From: Octopus vulgaris
Lineage: Eukaryota
DNA length: 64,000 nt
Reading direction: 5' to 3'
Assembly (NCBI GenBank): GCA_951406725.2
Contig: OX597816.1
Coordinates: 169,880,001-169,944,000, forward strand
In this document: positions 1 through 13,699 of the stretch, one piece after another
How positions within the stretch are numbered: the stretch's first letter is position 1
How the letters are laid out: each line of letters opens with the position of its first letter
Notes under the pieces: model-generated
Told to the model about the DNA's origin: nothing
What the model saw: the letters and a program-made list of their open reading frames with translations, nothing else
The model's database searches: none
Made by a program: the position numbers and the translations under genes

Positions 1-137
1 TTCGGCAATTCATCGTTCTAAGGAATGTCCTTAAAACAAAAATCGCTTTTAGACATTTCTTTGAGGCAAAATATTACAAATTATGCCCTTCCCCGTTTGC
101 ATAAACACCAGAATTTTAATCTAAAGCTTTACCTTCC

Positions 138-271
138 CACCTACCTACTTACCTACCTACCTACCTACCTACCTACCTACCTACCTACCTACCTACCTAC
201 TTACCTACCTACCTACCTACCTACCTATCTACCAACCAACCAACCTACGTATCTATCTGTCTGTCTATCTG

Positions 272-328
<57 letters not shown>

Positions 329-360
329 GTTTCTATCTATTTACCTATCTCTCTATCTAT

Positions 361-410
<50 letters not shown>
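138..410. repeat. Compound microsatellite (CTAC)n(CTAT)n(TA)n
   Basis: Directly visible. Confidence 0.97.
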
Positions 411-418
<8 letters not shown>

Positions 419-620
419 GGATACGTGTATTTTCCCCTTGTTTACAAATAACAAGGAAAAAATAAATAAACAGCTACCAGGGCAGCAAAAAATCACACAA
501 GTAATAAGGACGTAACACCCTGTTTTTAAAAGTAGAAACTCCGGGTTCATGTGAAATATTTTGTGTAATATATATATGAATAACTAGAGTTAATCTCAGG
601 TTTAATTCAAATTCTTTTAC

Positions 621-708
621 TTCCGACATATGTTTCGAAGAAAACATTGGTATTATTCCAAAGGAATAAAATGGTGTAAAACAACAGTGTAGTCTTCTCT
701 TCAGAGAA
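621..708 (-). ncRNA. Type I hammerhead ribozyme motif
   Basis: Minus strand reads ttct CTGAAGA gaag...cttc GAAA catatg TC ggaa. Core intact, helices I and II pair, helix III is a palindrome, GUC cleavage site. Confidence 0.8.
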
Positions 709-2906
709 AGAAAGAAAGAAACCAAACTCTTCAATAAGATATTTTAACAGAATGTGATGGATGTGTATAATGATGAACGGAGCGCTATTAAGTTTCTTTG
801 AAAAGCGTTAAAGGATATAACGTCAAAGGTAGCCTATTGAAAGAAGAGGGGTAAAGGAAAGAAATAAGCAGAAAACTAATAAATGAGAAATATAGAGCGA
901 TATGTGAATGAAATAAAAGCTTAAAGGCTTGGAAAAAAATATATCGAATGGAATTGAAATGTAAGAAGAAAATCAATGCTCAAATTATATATAATGGTCG
1001 ATATCACTTATATGAACTATAAGTATGTTTCTGCCAATGTTTACATCGATAAGTACGCTCCATAACCGTGTTTACAAGGGGATTCTTAGAAAAAAGAGTA
1101 TAAAATATCTCAGTATTACAGAGTTGGCAGAATTCTTTGCCTTTATCATATGGGGATGAAATGGGGAGAATCAACCAATTTAAATTAAATTGTTTATTAT
1201 GGTCTTTTAGATACCAAATTAATGAAATTCTGCCTTGTGCTGTTGCATTTATAACTATCCCTAAATGTAGAGTAATGGATTAGAAATTTTTTTAGATAAC
1301 TGAGAAGAACTACCTATATAAAAAAAGACATCGGTACACTGGTATATAGAGTTTTAATGTTAGCATTACTAGACATAAACTTAATTCTATTGGAATTGAC
1401 TTCAGAGACAATAAACTTGTTATTAATATTTCTTGGGAGATGGTTGGTATTAGCTAAATTAATATTAGTAATAGTACCTGGATTCTTATCTAACAGCTGT
1501 GAGTCCGTAAAAACACGCCCGATGGTTTTGATGTTACGAGGGGAAGTTCTGATTCAGCACAAATAGCTGATTTTGTCGGTATATATATAATTTATGAAAT
1601 GGCAAACCAGTTACCAAGCATCAATGGAGGTCAATTTCGTGATGATTGTTTACCTTCAAAATGTTTCTGACCAAAATGTAGAAAAGGTTAAGAATAGTTT
1701 AGTTAAGTTTTTCTGTAGAATGGGCTTAGGCATCGTTTTTGATGATGATGTAATGAAGGCCAACTTTTTAGATATTACACTTAACTTACACAATTACTTC
1801 TCATACCACAAACCATCGTACAATCTTAAGTATATAAGCCAATTCAGTAATCATTCTAGAGCAATCATTAAGAACTTAGCTAAGAAAATTTCATTTAGAT
1901 TAAGTTAGCTGCTAATGTTGACATTTTTAACGACAAGGCTGAATTTTATAACTCTGCCTTACTTAAAACAGACTATATAGAGAAAGTTACCTACATTAAT
2001 TCCATTCAATTTTATTCTACCTTTAGTAATGGAGACATGAAATCTAGCTGTAAGGATATAAACGATATCAATTTTAATTTATACGCCAACACCAGAAGAA
2101 TGGAGACAACCGTTATTTAAATCCCTTTTTTTTTATTCCAACAGAATAAATGCCTTTATCATATGGGAATTGATTTACACAGCCCTGTAATTTTGCGTAT
2201 ATTACTATCCCTAAATATAGAGTAATGATTAGAAATTCTTTTAGATAACTGAGAAGAACTACCTATATAAAAAGAAATCGGTACCTGAAGTTACCTATAT
2301 TAATTCCATTCAATCTTATTCTACATTTAGTAATGGAGACATGAAATCTAGCTGTAAGGATATAAACGATATCAATTTTAATTCATACGTCAACAATAAA
2401 CAGAGGAATGGAGACAACCGTTATTTAAACCCCTTTTTTACTCCAACAGAATAAATGTCTTTATCATATGGGAATTGATAAATTTTAATTTATACGCCAA
2501 CACCAAACAGAGGAATGAAGACAACCGCTATTTAAACTCCCCTTTTTTTTATTCCAACAGAATAAATGCCTTTATCATATGGGAATTAAATGGAGAGAAT
2601 CAACCAATCTAAATTAAATTAAATTGTTTATTATGGTCTTTTAGATACCAAATTAATTTACTCAGCCTTGTACCGTTGCGTTTATTACTATCCCTAAATG
2701 TAACGTACTGATTAGAAATTCTTTTAGATAACTGAGAAGAACTACCTATGTAAAAAAAGATATCGGTACCTTTCTATAGGCAACCTTTGACGTTATATCC
2801 TCTAACGGTTTTTAAAAAAAAACTTAATAGCGTTCCGTTCATCATTATACACATCCATCACATTCTGTTAAAATATCTTATTGATAAATCTGGTTTATAT
2901 CTTTCT

Positions 2907-2992
2907 TTCCCTGAAGTGAAGATTGCATTGTTTTACACCATTTTTTTCCCTTTGGAATAATACCAACGTTGCCTTCGAAACATATGTCGGAA
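2907..2992 (+). ncRNA. Type I hammerhead ribozyme motif (core variant CUGAAGU)
   Basis: ttcc CTGAAGT gaag...cttc GAAA catatg TC ggaa; inverted copy of 621-708. Confidence 0.7.
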
Positions 2993-3053
2993 GTAAAAGA
3001 ATTTGAATCACACCTGCGTTTAACTCCATTTATATATATATATATATGTATAT

Positions 3054-3985
<932 letters not shown>

Positions 3986-4461
3986 AAGTACATAGTTATA
4001 TACACATCTATACACAACTTTGCATTACTCGTGTACGTTGCATGTGGATATATGTGTGCATGCATGCATGTAGTCTTTCCTAAATGCATGAACAAGTAGT
4101 GTTGTGTGGACAATTTTATTAGTAAAAATATAAATTTGTGATGTTCATCGAAATGCATCGTTATGAACTTCATATATTATTTCAATCACAATTATTGCAT
4201 ATCGAGAACTAAAATAAGAATTTGATTGGAAATTATATTTAAACCGAAATTCTGATCAATTCAGCTCAGCATCCCTAAATCGAAAGTGAAATTCGTGATG
4301 CGGCAGACAGTAGTTAAAACTGATGTAATTACTTCATTATTTCTCTTTTTACTGCTTCGTTTGTTGACTGTCGTTGTGATATTGCTTGAAGTAAGTATAT
4401 TTTCCCACGTCGTCTTAGTCTCCCTATCTGCATGCTTATTGTTCAGTTTCCGTTGTCTAAT

Positions 4462-4918
4462 ACTCTCTTTTACTCTTTTACTCTTTTACTTGTTTCAGTC
4501 ATTTGACTGCGGCCATGCTGGAGCACCGCCTTTAATCGAGCAACTCGACCCCGGGACTTATTCTTTGTAAGCCCAGTACTTATTCTATCGGTCTCTTTTG
4601 CCGAACCCCTCAGTGACGGGGACGTAAACACACCAGCATCGGTTGTCAAGCAATGCTAGGGGGACAAACACAGACACACAAACACACACATACAAACACA
4701 CACACACATATATATTTTTATACATATATATATATATATATATATACATATATACGACAGGCTTCTTTCAGTTTCCGTCTACCAAATCCACTCACAAGGC
4801 ATTGGTCGGCCCGGGTCTATAGCAGAAGACACTTGCCCAAGAATCCACGCAGTGGGACTGAACCCGGAACCATGTGGTTGGTTAGCAAGCTACTTACCAC
4901 ACAGCCACTCCTGCGCCT
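4462..4918 (-). mobile_element. SINE family A
   Basis: Reverse complement of 3054-3460. Confidence 0.93.
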
Positions 4919-5348
4919 AGATATGTTTTTCATTTTCCATCGGTCGTAAAGGGTTATAAATATTATTTAACTGATTCTTAAGCAACTATTTTTCAGTACG
5001 AATTAAAAACTGTATAGCAATGCGTCATAGTTATTAAACTTGACATGAAGACGTAACTGAAAATATTTCTAGAAAGGAAAAATGTGAATGAAAATGAGTG
5101 GAAATGTCGAAAGCAAATTCATTATAAGGTTAAAATAATGTATTCTTATCACGCAAAGAATTGTGATAGTGACTGTAATTAAGTAAATCCAAGTGAACTG
5201 AAGTATGATACCTAACCAATTTGATTGTAAGTATAAATATTTAACAAGGCAATCGGGATAATGACTACTGAGAAAACGCTAGTCATTAATGGTGTCTTTC
5301 TACCGATAATAATGATAGAAATCTAATAAAAGTATATTTTGCTAAGAC

Positions 5349-5403
5349 TGCGTGAGACATTTTGGCTACAGTTTATGCGTGAGACATTTTGGCTACAGTT
5401 TAT
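5349..5403. repeat. Short tandem duplication (tgcgtgagacattttggctacagttta x2)
   Basis: Directly visible. Confidence 0.9.
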
Positions 5404-5561
5404 GTAGAATAATAGTCAAATGGTAGTTTGTCTTGTGAAAACTAAATCACCATTTAACAATGCATGCTAGTTCAGAATCAAAATATGATGCATCTTTGAT
5501 ATGCTATATATATACATATATATAATACATACATATATATATATATATACACACACACACG

Positions 5562-5632
<71 letters not shown>

Positions 5633-5870
5633 TAGTTCAGTAAGTCAATAACGCAGTCCTTTACAACTTTCAAAACTTTGTAATGTAAACAGTCATTTTA
5701 AGACTATTTTTGTAAAATCTTACGAGCAAAGGGTCTGCGATATTATTTTTGCATTATCAGTCACTAACACGAGAAGATCGATACATAAAGCGTTTGCGCT
5801 ATGATGATATAATTTCGAGTAGAAATACTGAAACGTGTTTTTTCAAAGTGAAGAATTTCTAAACATTTTG

Positions 5871-6264
5871 CAGGAGTGGCTGTGTGGTAAGTAGCTTGCT
5901 AACCAACCACATGGTTCCGGGTTCAGCCCCACTGCGTGGCATCTTCGGCAAGTGTCTTCTGCTATAGCCCCGGACCGACCAATGCCTTGTGAGTGGGTTT
6001 GGTAGACGGAAACTGAAAGAAGCCTGTCGTGTATATGTATATATATATATATGTATGTGTGTGTGTTTGTGTGTCTGTGTTTGTTCCCCTAGCATTGCTT
6101 GACAACCGATGCTGGTGTGATTACGTCCCCGTCACCTAGCGGTTCGGCAAAAAGAGACCGATAGAATAAGTACTGGGCTTACAAAAAGAATAAGTCCCGG
6201 GGTCGAGTTGCTCGACTAAAGGCGGTGCTCCAGCATGGCCGCAGTCAAATGACTGAAACAAGTA
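5871..6264 (+). mobile_element. SINE family A
   Basis: Near-identical to 3054-3460, with an A-tail. Confidence 0.93.
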
Positions 6265-7404
6265 AAAAAAAAATACCAATATGCTTAAGAGGGATGTTTG
6301 ATAGAACACAGCGTTGTGCTAGATGATCAGGTAACTTCTTTTCAGTGCAGTCAGTAATATTAAAAGGTATGAAAACATATGTACGTATACAAATATTCAC
6401 CCATAATAATTTGTAGTTTAACTGCTGATTCAAAGGACAAGTGCGAACTAAATCTACGATATAACGCTTGACATTAAATACATTGCTATGTATCGAAGAG
6501 CAAATTCCTACAGTTAAAAGAAATAAATCTATCGTTTAACTTCACATCTAATATTCGATAACCGTGAGTAATCTCTGGCGCCTATACACCAGCGAGTAGT
6601 TTCAGATTCAATAACGATTATCTTCATATGAATAAGAATCTAATCTAATGTAAATCGTATTCTTAGGGCACCTGATACAAGTTCGCATAGCTAGGTAAAT
6701 TAAGTCACGTCGAAATAAAGATTTCAGTTTGTGCTTTATATATATATTTTTTCGATAGTAACAACAATAAATCTATAAAAATACTATTATTTGTTCAAGT
6801 TTCAATATACTTAACAAAAACACATCTTTTCGAACCTGAGAGGTACTTGTTATGCAGATATCCTATTTGTTGTTGATAGTATTATATTTTAATCGCAATA
6901 TCAGCAACAGCGAACAGTAGACATTTGAAAGCGGGTGGTGGTGGGAACAACTGATATCGTTCACATTCCTTAAACTTATTATGTTTAACTGCATACTTCC
7001 CTCGAACCTCATTCAAGTTACTTGCAAACCTATATACAAAATACATTTCGTGCATATATCGCATTACAGATTTAATGTGTAATATCTATATAGAAGACCT
7101 GTAATTAATATATCACTTGACAAACCAATGCTGCATCATCTACGGGGTTTATCGGACTCTTACACACAGAATTCCTGTCTCCTCGAAATTACATCCTCAA
7201 CTGGGCAACATAATCATGATAGACACACTGCTTGAAACACAGAAGCGCTTAAGGTTTTGATCTTAATTCTATTACTGGGTGCAATAGTGACTGAAAGGTG
7301 GGAAAAAAATTATTTTATAGTCATCTGGAGCCGGTTTCTCCCTCACTTTGTACCCCCTCTCTCTCTCTCACACACACACAAACACACAAACACACACTTT
7401 ATCT

Positions 7405-7454
<50 letters not shown>

Positions 7455-7604
7455 CACATATAAATGTATATACTATTAAACATATATACATACATAGATA
7501 CATACACACACACTCACGCACACACACATGCACACGCGCGTGCACGCACACACACACACACGAACGCACACACACACGAACGCACACGCACACACACACA
7601 CACC

Positions 7605-7649
<45 letters not shown>

Positions 7650-7651
<2 letters not shown>

Positions 7652-8026
7652 AAAATAAAGACAAGGTAGAAAATGGTAAAATAATTTTATCATGAAGAAC
7701 ATTTTAGTATCGGTTTCAGTCTTTGCGACTTTTTCAATCTAGATAAAAGCATGAAAAACAAATTCCATTGTGGAAAAATTAAATGAAACGTTTTTAAAAT
7801 ATTTCCATAGTTTTTAAATACAAAGGGCAGTTTCCTTTTTTCTGTCTGTCTGTCTTTCTTTTTTACTCTTGTGGGGGCCTGGTAGTAGGTAGTATGTAGT
7901 AGCAGTCCTTAAAGAATATTTGATATGAGTTCTTGATTTTGATTATTTAAACAGCAGTAGAAAGAAAGAAAGGAAGAAGAAGAAGAAGAAGAAGAAGAAG
8001 AAGAAAAAGAAGAAGGAGGATGAGGA

Positions 8027-8099
<73 letters not shown>

Positions 8100-9030
8100 A
8101 AGATGAGGGAGTAGGAAAAGAAGAGAAACAATATAGTAAAAATATGTGTGTGGTATGACAGTGGTAGGATGTTGGTGGAATCCTCGAATACACCACGAAT
8201 TACCCATATCAACATTTACACAAACAAGAACATAGGCCAAACTTCAGCAAAAAGAATAGGCTGAGCTGAACAAATTAAAAGCTGATAAAACAATAACAAT
8301 CAAAGAGGCTGATAAACAGGGTGCAGTTATCTTATGGGTCACAGTACACCATATAACTCTAGTACTATCCATATCAGAAGACACAACATACTATGAAAAG
8401 GTCCAACACTACAGTAAGCAGAAAATAATGGGAAACCTAAAAACTATGTTAAACCTATACAGAGAAGGACACGCCAACAAGGAATACGATTATATAATTA
8501 ACTTCATATGTAAAACTAATCAATTCTACGTTATTCTCCAGATATACAAAGTGAGAAAAGAAGTAACGCATGCAGTATAGCCACAGACATAATAATCAAA
8601 GTCTGTACACCTAATGACCTCACATGAAGACCTATAATAGCAGGTCCCGCATACGAAACCCACCGCCTCAGTAACATTTTACATACATTCTTAAAACCGT
8701 TCCTCAAGCATATCAAAAGCTATATAAGGGATGACCTAGATATGCTCAATCACCTCCCTAAAATAATAAACAAAAACACCCTACTAGTATCCTTCGATGT
8801 AGTTAGCCTCTATTCTAATATCCCCCACAGCCTAGGAATAGAGGCAATTCATTTCTGGCTAGAGAATTACTCCAATGAACTCCCACATTGCATCAAAAGG
8901 GAATTCGTTATAGAATGGCTAAAATCCATCTTGGAGAATAATTACTGTTTTCGAAGACAACTGCTTCTACTAAGATGTTCTTCATGATAAAACTATTTTA
9001 GCATATTCTGCCTTGTCTTATTTTCCTTAT
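7650..9030 (+). mobile_element. Degenerate Penelope-like element (Poseidon/Neptune-type RT) with short inverted termini
   Basis: RT relic at ~8300-8970 (KEADK.GAV; RPIIAGPAYETHRLSNIL; SYIRDDLDMLNHLP; LVSFDVVSLYSNIPH). 7650-7710 is inverted at 8968-9030. Confidence 0.85.
7705..7741 (-). ncRNA. Minimal hammerhead-like motif with variant core
   Basis: Minus strand reads tag a TTGAAAA agtc gcaaa gact GAAA ccga TA cta. Helix II is perfect but the core is non-canonical. Confidence 0.45.
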
Positions 9031-9664
9031 ACATATCAACACGTGTGTTCCTTTTCAACCTTCCACACACACACACACAAACATACACGCACATATATAA
9101 GTGAATATCAAACAAGTACAGATGTCAATCCATTAGGGCCGTTTCCAAAAGCTATTTAATTGATTGATGAAAACATTACATCATTGTAAAGAAACCGTTT
9201 TCGTCAGATGAATTCATGAACTTCAAGCTAAAAATTCGATTGATTTAACATAGTTAAAAATCAACGGGGCATAAATATTTACATTGACTCTGCTACCTAC
9301 TATTCAATTAGTAGAATAAAATTTACCAGAATAGTATATAATTGGTCAGAACAACGAAAATTTAGGGGTCATTAGAGTTTATATTAGGGAGAAGAAGTAA
9401 TTGGCACAAGTGACCCAGTTATCTATACTTCTGACAACGGCTCCAATCGTCTACATTTATATATTAAGGAAGTGGTGTCTGGTCAGTTGTGAGAAAGTTA
9501 ATTAATATCAGGTCAACCTCCTAAATTATCATATGTGAAGGAACGATACACAAGCTTTATCGTCCCAAATGGACAAGGCACAGCATAGTAATAAGGGAGT
9601 GAGTGATGGTAAGGAATAATAAGACGAAAGAGATAGTGAAAGCTGATTCCACCGATATTTTTAT

Positions 9665-10038
9665 CTTTTTATTGCTCACAGGGGCGAAACATAGAGGGGA
9701 CAAACAAGGACAGACAAAGGGATAAAGTTGATTACATCGACCCCGAAAGGATAAAACGCAAAGTCGACCTCGGTGGAATTTGAACTCAGAACGTAACGGC
9801 AGCCGAAATACCTATTTCTTTATTACCCACCAGGGGCTAAACAAGGACAAACAAGGACAAACAAGGACATATAAACGGATTAAGTCGATTATATCGACCC
9901 CAGTGCGTAACTGGTACTTAATTTATCGACTCCGAAAGGATGAAAGGCAAAGTTGGTCTCGACGGAATTTGAACTCAGAACGTAACGGTAGACGAAATAC
10001 GGCTACGCATTTCGCCCGGCGTGCTAACATTTCTGCCA
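9665..10038 (-). mobile_element. SINE family F (partly tandem), with gtcgactttgcctttcatcctttcggggtcgat central domain
   Basis: Same family at ~14905-15080, 21495-21697, 27526-27830, 33181-33320 and 39880-40087, all minus strand. Confidence 0.8.
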
Positions 10039-10639
10039 TTAATTACCGTATTAAAGAAGAGGATTTTGAAAAATAATGGAATGAGTAATATAAAGTACGG
10101 GTGTGAAAAGAAATCCAGGGGATAAAAGGGGTACTGGTACAATTTAGCATAGTTACAATATAATTTGAATAAAAATATAAGAATATCAAAGTAAAGTATA
10201 CCACGAGATATATAAAAAAATATGAATTGTAAAAAATATATAAAAAAATTTATAAAGTACAAATATATATAAAAAAATCCTATAACAAGATTATTATTAT
10301 TATCAATAAACGGTAAAAATGAAAATAAACATATTCCTTTATTAGTTTAAGGATCTAAATTTAAAACTTTTGTATCTGAATGCACTCCTTTTTATATTTA
10401 AATAATTTTAAATTATTTACGTGATATCTAATATCTAATTCTTATTACGTCCTATAATTACGCCCGTAGCAGTGGAGAAAGTTCGAATAACTTTTTACTT
10501 TTATATTATGAGCTTTTTTTTTTTTATATCATGAGCATCTCTTTTATAAATCTGATATATCCACCTTTTTTTATTTTAGTAATTTATACTCTTCATTTCT
10601 GAAAATTTTAATTTTTCTTATTATTCTTATGTCTTAATA

Positions 10640-11021
10640 TACTCTTTACTCTTTACTCTTTTACTTGTTTCAGTCATTTGACTGTGGCCATGCTGGATCA
10701 CCGCCTTTAGTCGAGCAAATCGACCCCAGGAATTATTCTTTGTAAGGCTAGTACCTATTCTATCGGCCTCTTTTGCTGAACCGCATCGGTTGTCAAGCGA
10801 TGTTGGGGGCACAAACACAGACGCACATATACACACATATATAAATATACATATATATGACGGACTTCTTTCAGTTTCCGTCAACCAAATCCACTCAGAA
10901 GGCTTTAGTCGACCCGAGGCTATAGTAGAAGACCGGTGCCCAAGGTGCCACGCAGTGGGACTGAACCAGGAACCATGTGGTTGGTAAACAAGCTACTTAC
11001 CACACAGCCACTCCTACGCCT
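10640..11021 (-). mobile_element. SINE family A
   Basis: Reverse complement match with an internal deletion. Confidence 0.9.
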
Positions 11022-11685
11022 ATATATAGATTTTTTCTTATAATTTTATGTATAATTTTAATTTTCATCTATATATTTCGTTTGTGAATTTATCTTTATT
11101 CTATAACATTGTAACTCTCTTATTCCCAGGATTTGATTTCCCATCCGTTCTTCATAATATTTATTCCATTATTGTTTCAAAATCTTCCTCTTTAATACGA
11201 TAATTAGTATCGGTAGTATCAGCTTTCACAATTTCTTTCTTCTCCTTATCATCCCTTACCATCACTCACTCCCTTATTACTACCATGTGCTTTGTCCATT
11301 TGGGAAAATAAATCATGTATATCGTTCCTTCACATATGATAATTAAGTAGGATGGCCTGACATTAATTAACTTTCTCACCACTGACTACTCGCCACTTCG
11401 TTAATATATAAATCCTTAATGTATAAACCTAGACATTTGGAGCCGCTCCCTCCTCTATTGTGAGAAGTATAGATAACTGGGTCACTTGTGCCAATTACTT
11501 CTTCCCCCTAATATAAACTCTAATAACTCATAAATTTTCGTTGTTCTAGCCAATTATACACTATTCTGGTAAATTTTATTCTACCAATTGAATAGTAGGT
11601 AGCAGAGTCAATGTAAATATTTATGCCCCGTTGATGTTTAGCTATGTTAAATCAGTCGAATTTTTTAGTTTGAAGTTCATGAATT

Positions 11686-11765
11686 CATCTGACGAAAACG
11701 GTTTCTTTGTAATGATGTAATGTTTTCATTAATCAGTTAAAGGGTTTTGGAAACGGCCGTAATAG
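11686..11765 (+). ncRNA. Hammerhead-like motif (inverted copy at 9131-9210, minus strand)
   Basis: cat CTGACGA aaac...gttttg GAAA cggccg TA at. Helix III is a palindrome; helix II register is imperfect. Confidence 0.55.
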
Positions 11766-12589
11766 ATTGACATCTGTACCTTTTTCTTACTCGCTTATAT
11801 TTTATTCACTTCTCCTGGAGTCTGCGCTTCGTAAATATTATAGATAGTATTTTTAATATAAAGTACATGTCTGAATAGCTAAGAGAAGTTTTCTACACTT
11901 AGCTGTGTCTAATTATCAGCATGTCCCGCACTTATGTACTAAGTTTGATATTCACTTAATATTGTTGTGTGTGCATGTTACTCAGATCTGTTAATTTTTA
12001 ATACAAAACATAACCTTCCTTACGGCCGTTTCTGCAGCCTATGTCAGTCTGTGCTTACGAAAGAAATTCGAAAATAATATTCACCATTTTCATAGCACAT
12101 TCGATCTAGTTCATGGAACTTCATCAGACTGAATACAAATACATAAAATAAAATAAACGAAGGGAAGAGAGAAGAGGAAAGAACAGGGCCTCGAGATGAG
12201 GCCAGAAGACTCAATATATTAGAATCATAACATTTTGCAGTGTGGAGCTTGAAGTCGATAGGCAAAAGAGTGAAGTAGCAAATGAACTAGGGAAATAATT
12301 TATGGGTTATCGTTTTATATAGGGGTACCAGGGTGTATAAATAGTAGTAAAATAAAACTAGTGCTAAAGTAAAACAGGAATTGCCATTATATCTAGAAAA
12401 AGAATAGTACTTATGATTTTGTAAATAGGGCTAATTAATATTTATCCAAAACCAAACCCGTAGAGATTTTATGATGATATACTTACTGAAAATTTCTAGA
12501 CACCAACCACCAGTTGTCCATAATGGAATTAACCAAAGTCCATCCATTTCTACAATAGGTCAGTTATATTTGAACCAAGGGCAAATTAA

Positions 12590-13460
12590 GACGAAATATT
12601 GCATGAGGTGAAGGCTGCTGTCCATAGATCTGCCGTGGATGACGCATCTCCGACTGTACTACTGACGCCAAGCGCCAGTCCCTTGACGAGCTCCTTTTCC
12701 TGGCTCTTTAATGCTATGTTAAGTACAGTTATTGGCCTAAATTTATTATTATCACTTTGTTAGGTTTCTGTCTCAGAAGCATCATCTCTCACCTCTATCA
12801 GAAATAGAAATTCCCTCTGTCTATTACCAGCAGCAGTAGACAGCTGACAAAATAGGAAAGAATAAGTTTGGCACGAAGGCTATCTAATCTCGATAATCTG
12901 AGCTTCACACGGAGGCGCAGCATGTCTAGTATTTCGACAACAGAAATCAGTTTTAGCAGAATCCTGCTCCGCTGCTTGAGACACGCAGCAAACATCGAAG
13001 CCTACCGCATCCACGCCGACGCTAATGGAGAATGATTTGGGGAAGTGTTGTTGGAAGACCGTGATCACTTGTTTCAAACAGAAGACACACTCCCGCTGCG
13101 ATACGCATTGAACGAATACTATCTTCGTTATTACACTGCTACTCCACCATTGAATGGCTTTCTTGTTTTCGTGTTTCAGCGCATGTGTCAATGCATAATT
13201 TATGTTTAAGTTAGAACTGGATGAAGGCCCCTCTCGATGCATGGACACCGTTTACGAGTCTCATTCAATGAGTTTCTTCTGCATGGCTAATTTCTCCATT
13301 ATCTTGATATTGTTTGTAACTATCTCTTCACTAAATGTAGCTGATGCTATTCTAAGTGTTCTGGTTAACCTGTCCCGCAAATGAATCCTATTAATTTCTA
13401 TCAACAAATTCACTAATCCAGCCTCTGAAATATTTCCACACCTCATTGGACGCATTCAGT
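12590..13460 (-). pseudogene. Degenerate L1/Tx1-clade ORF2 (linker plus start of RT)
   Basis: Minus-strand pieces HALKHE...FQQHF, then LLRQKPNK...NKFRPITVLNIALK...KGLAL...VIHGRSMDSSLHLMQY, which follows the Tx1 RT FRPITLLN...GRSI.DNL pattern. Frameshifted. Confidence 0.7.
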
Positions 13461-13699
13461 GACCTTGTTCGCAGGAGGGGAAGATGTTTACTTTTACATA
13501 ATCTGGTTTACTTTTTTCAGGATCTTTGTTAAGGCTCTAGAAAATGATTTTGTCTAAAATATTTTTATAGTTCTCCGAGATTTCTCCTATTTTTCTTACC
13601 AGATGCTTGAGGTATTATATAAGGAGAAAACCGTTACAAAAGTTTCACTGTAGGGATGCAAAAAATATCTATTACAAAATCATGGAAAATTAATATAAA

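Larger units (their letters stand above)
595..3015 (+). mobile_element. Degenerate Penelope-like retroelement (Naiad-like RT) with inverted pseudo-LTRs
   Basis: RT relic at ~1520-1910 (DGFDVTRGSSDSAQIADFVGIY...GGQFRDDC...NFLDITLNL...YHKP). About 600-845 is the reverse complement of about 2770-3010. Internal direct repeats at ~1135-1335/2565-2770 and 2020-2590. Confidence 0.8.
9115..11782. repeat. Long inverted repeat (fold-back), probable Penelope pseudo-LTR pair
   Basis: 9115-9655 plus 10039-10160 is the reverse complement of ~11105-11782. A SINE interrupts the left arm only. Confidence 0.88.

Noticed and set aside
2020-2600. Spaced direct repeats suggestive of a CRISPR array
   Set aside because: Long irregular duplications within a eukaryotic retroelement; no constant repeat-spacer period and no cas genes.
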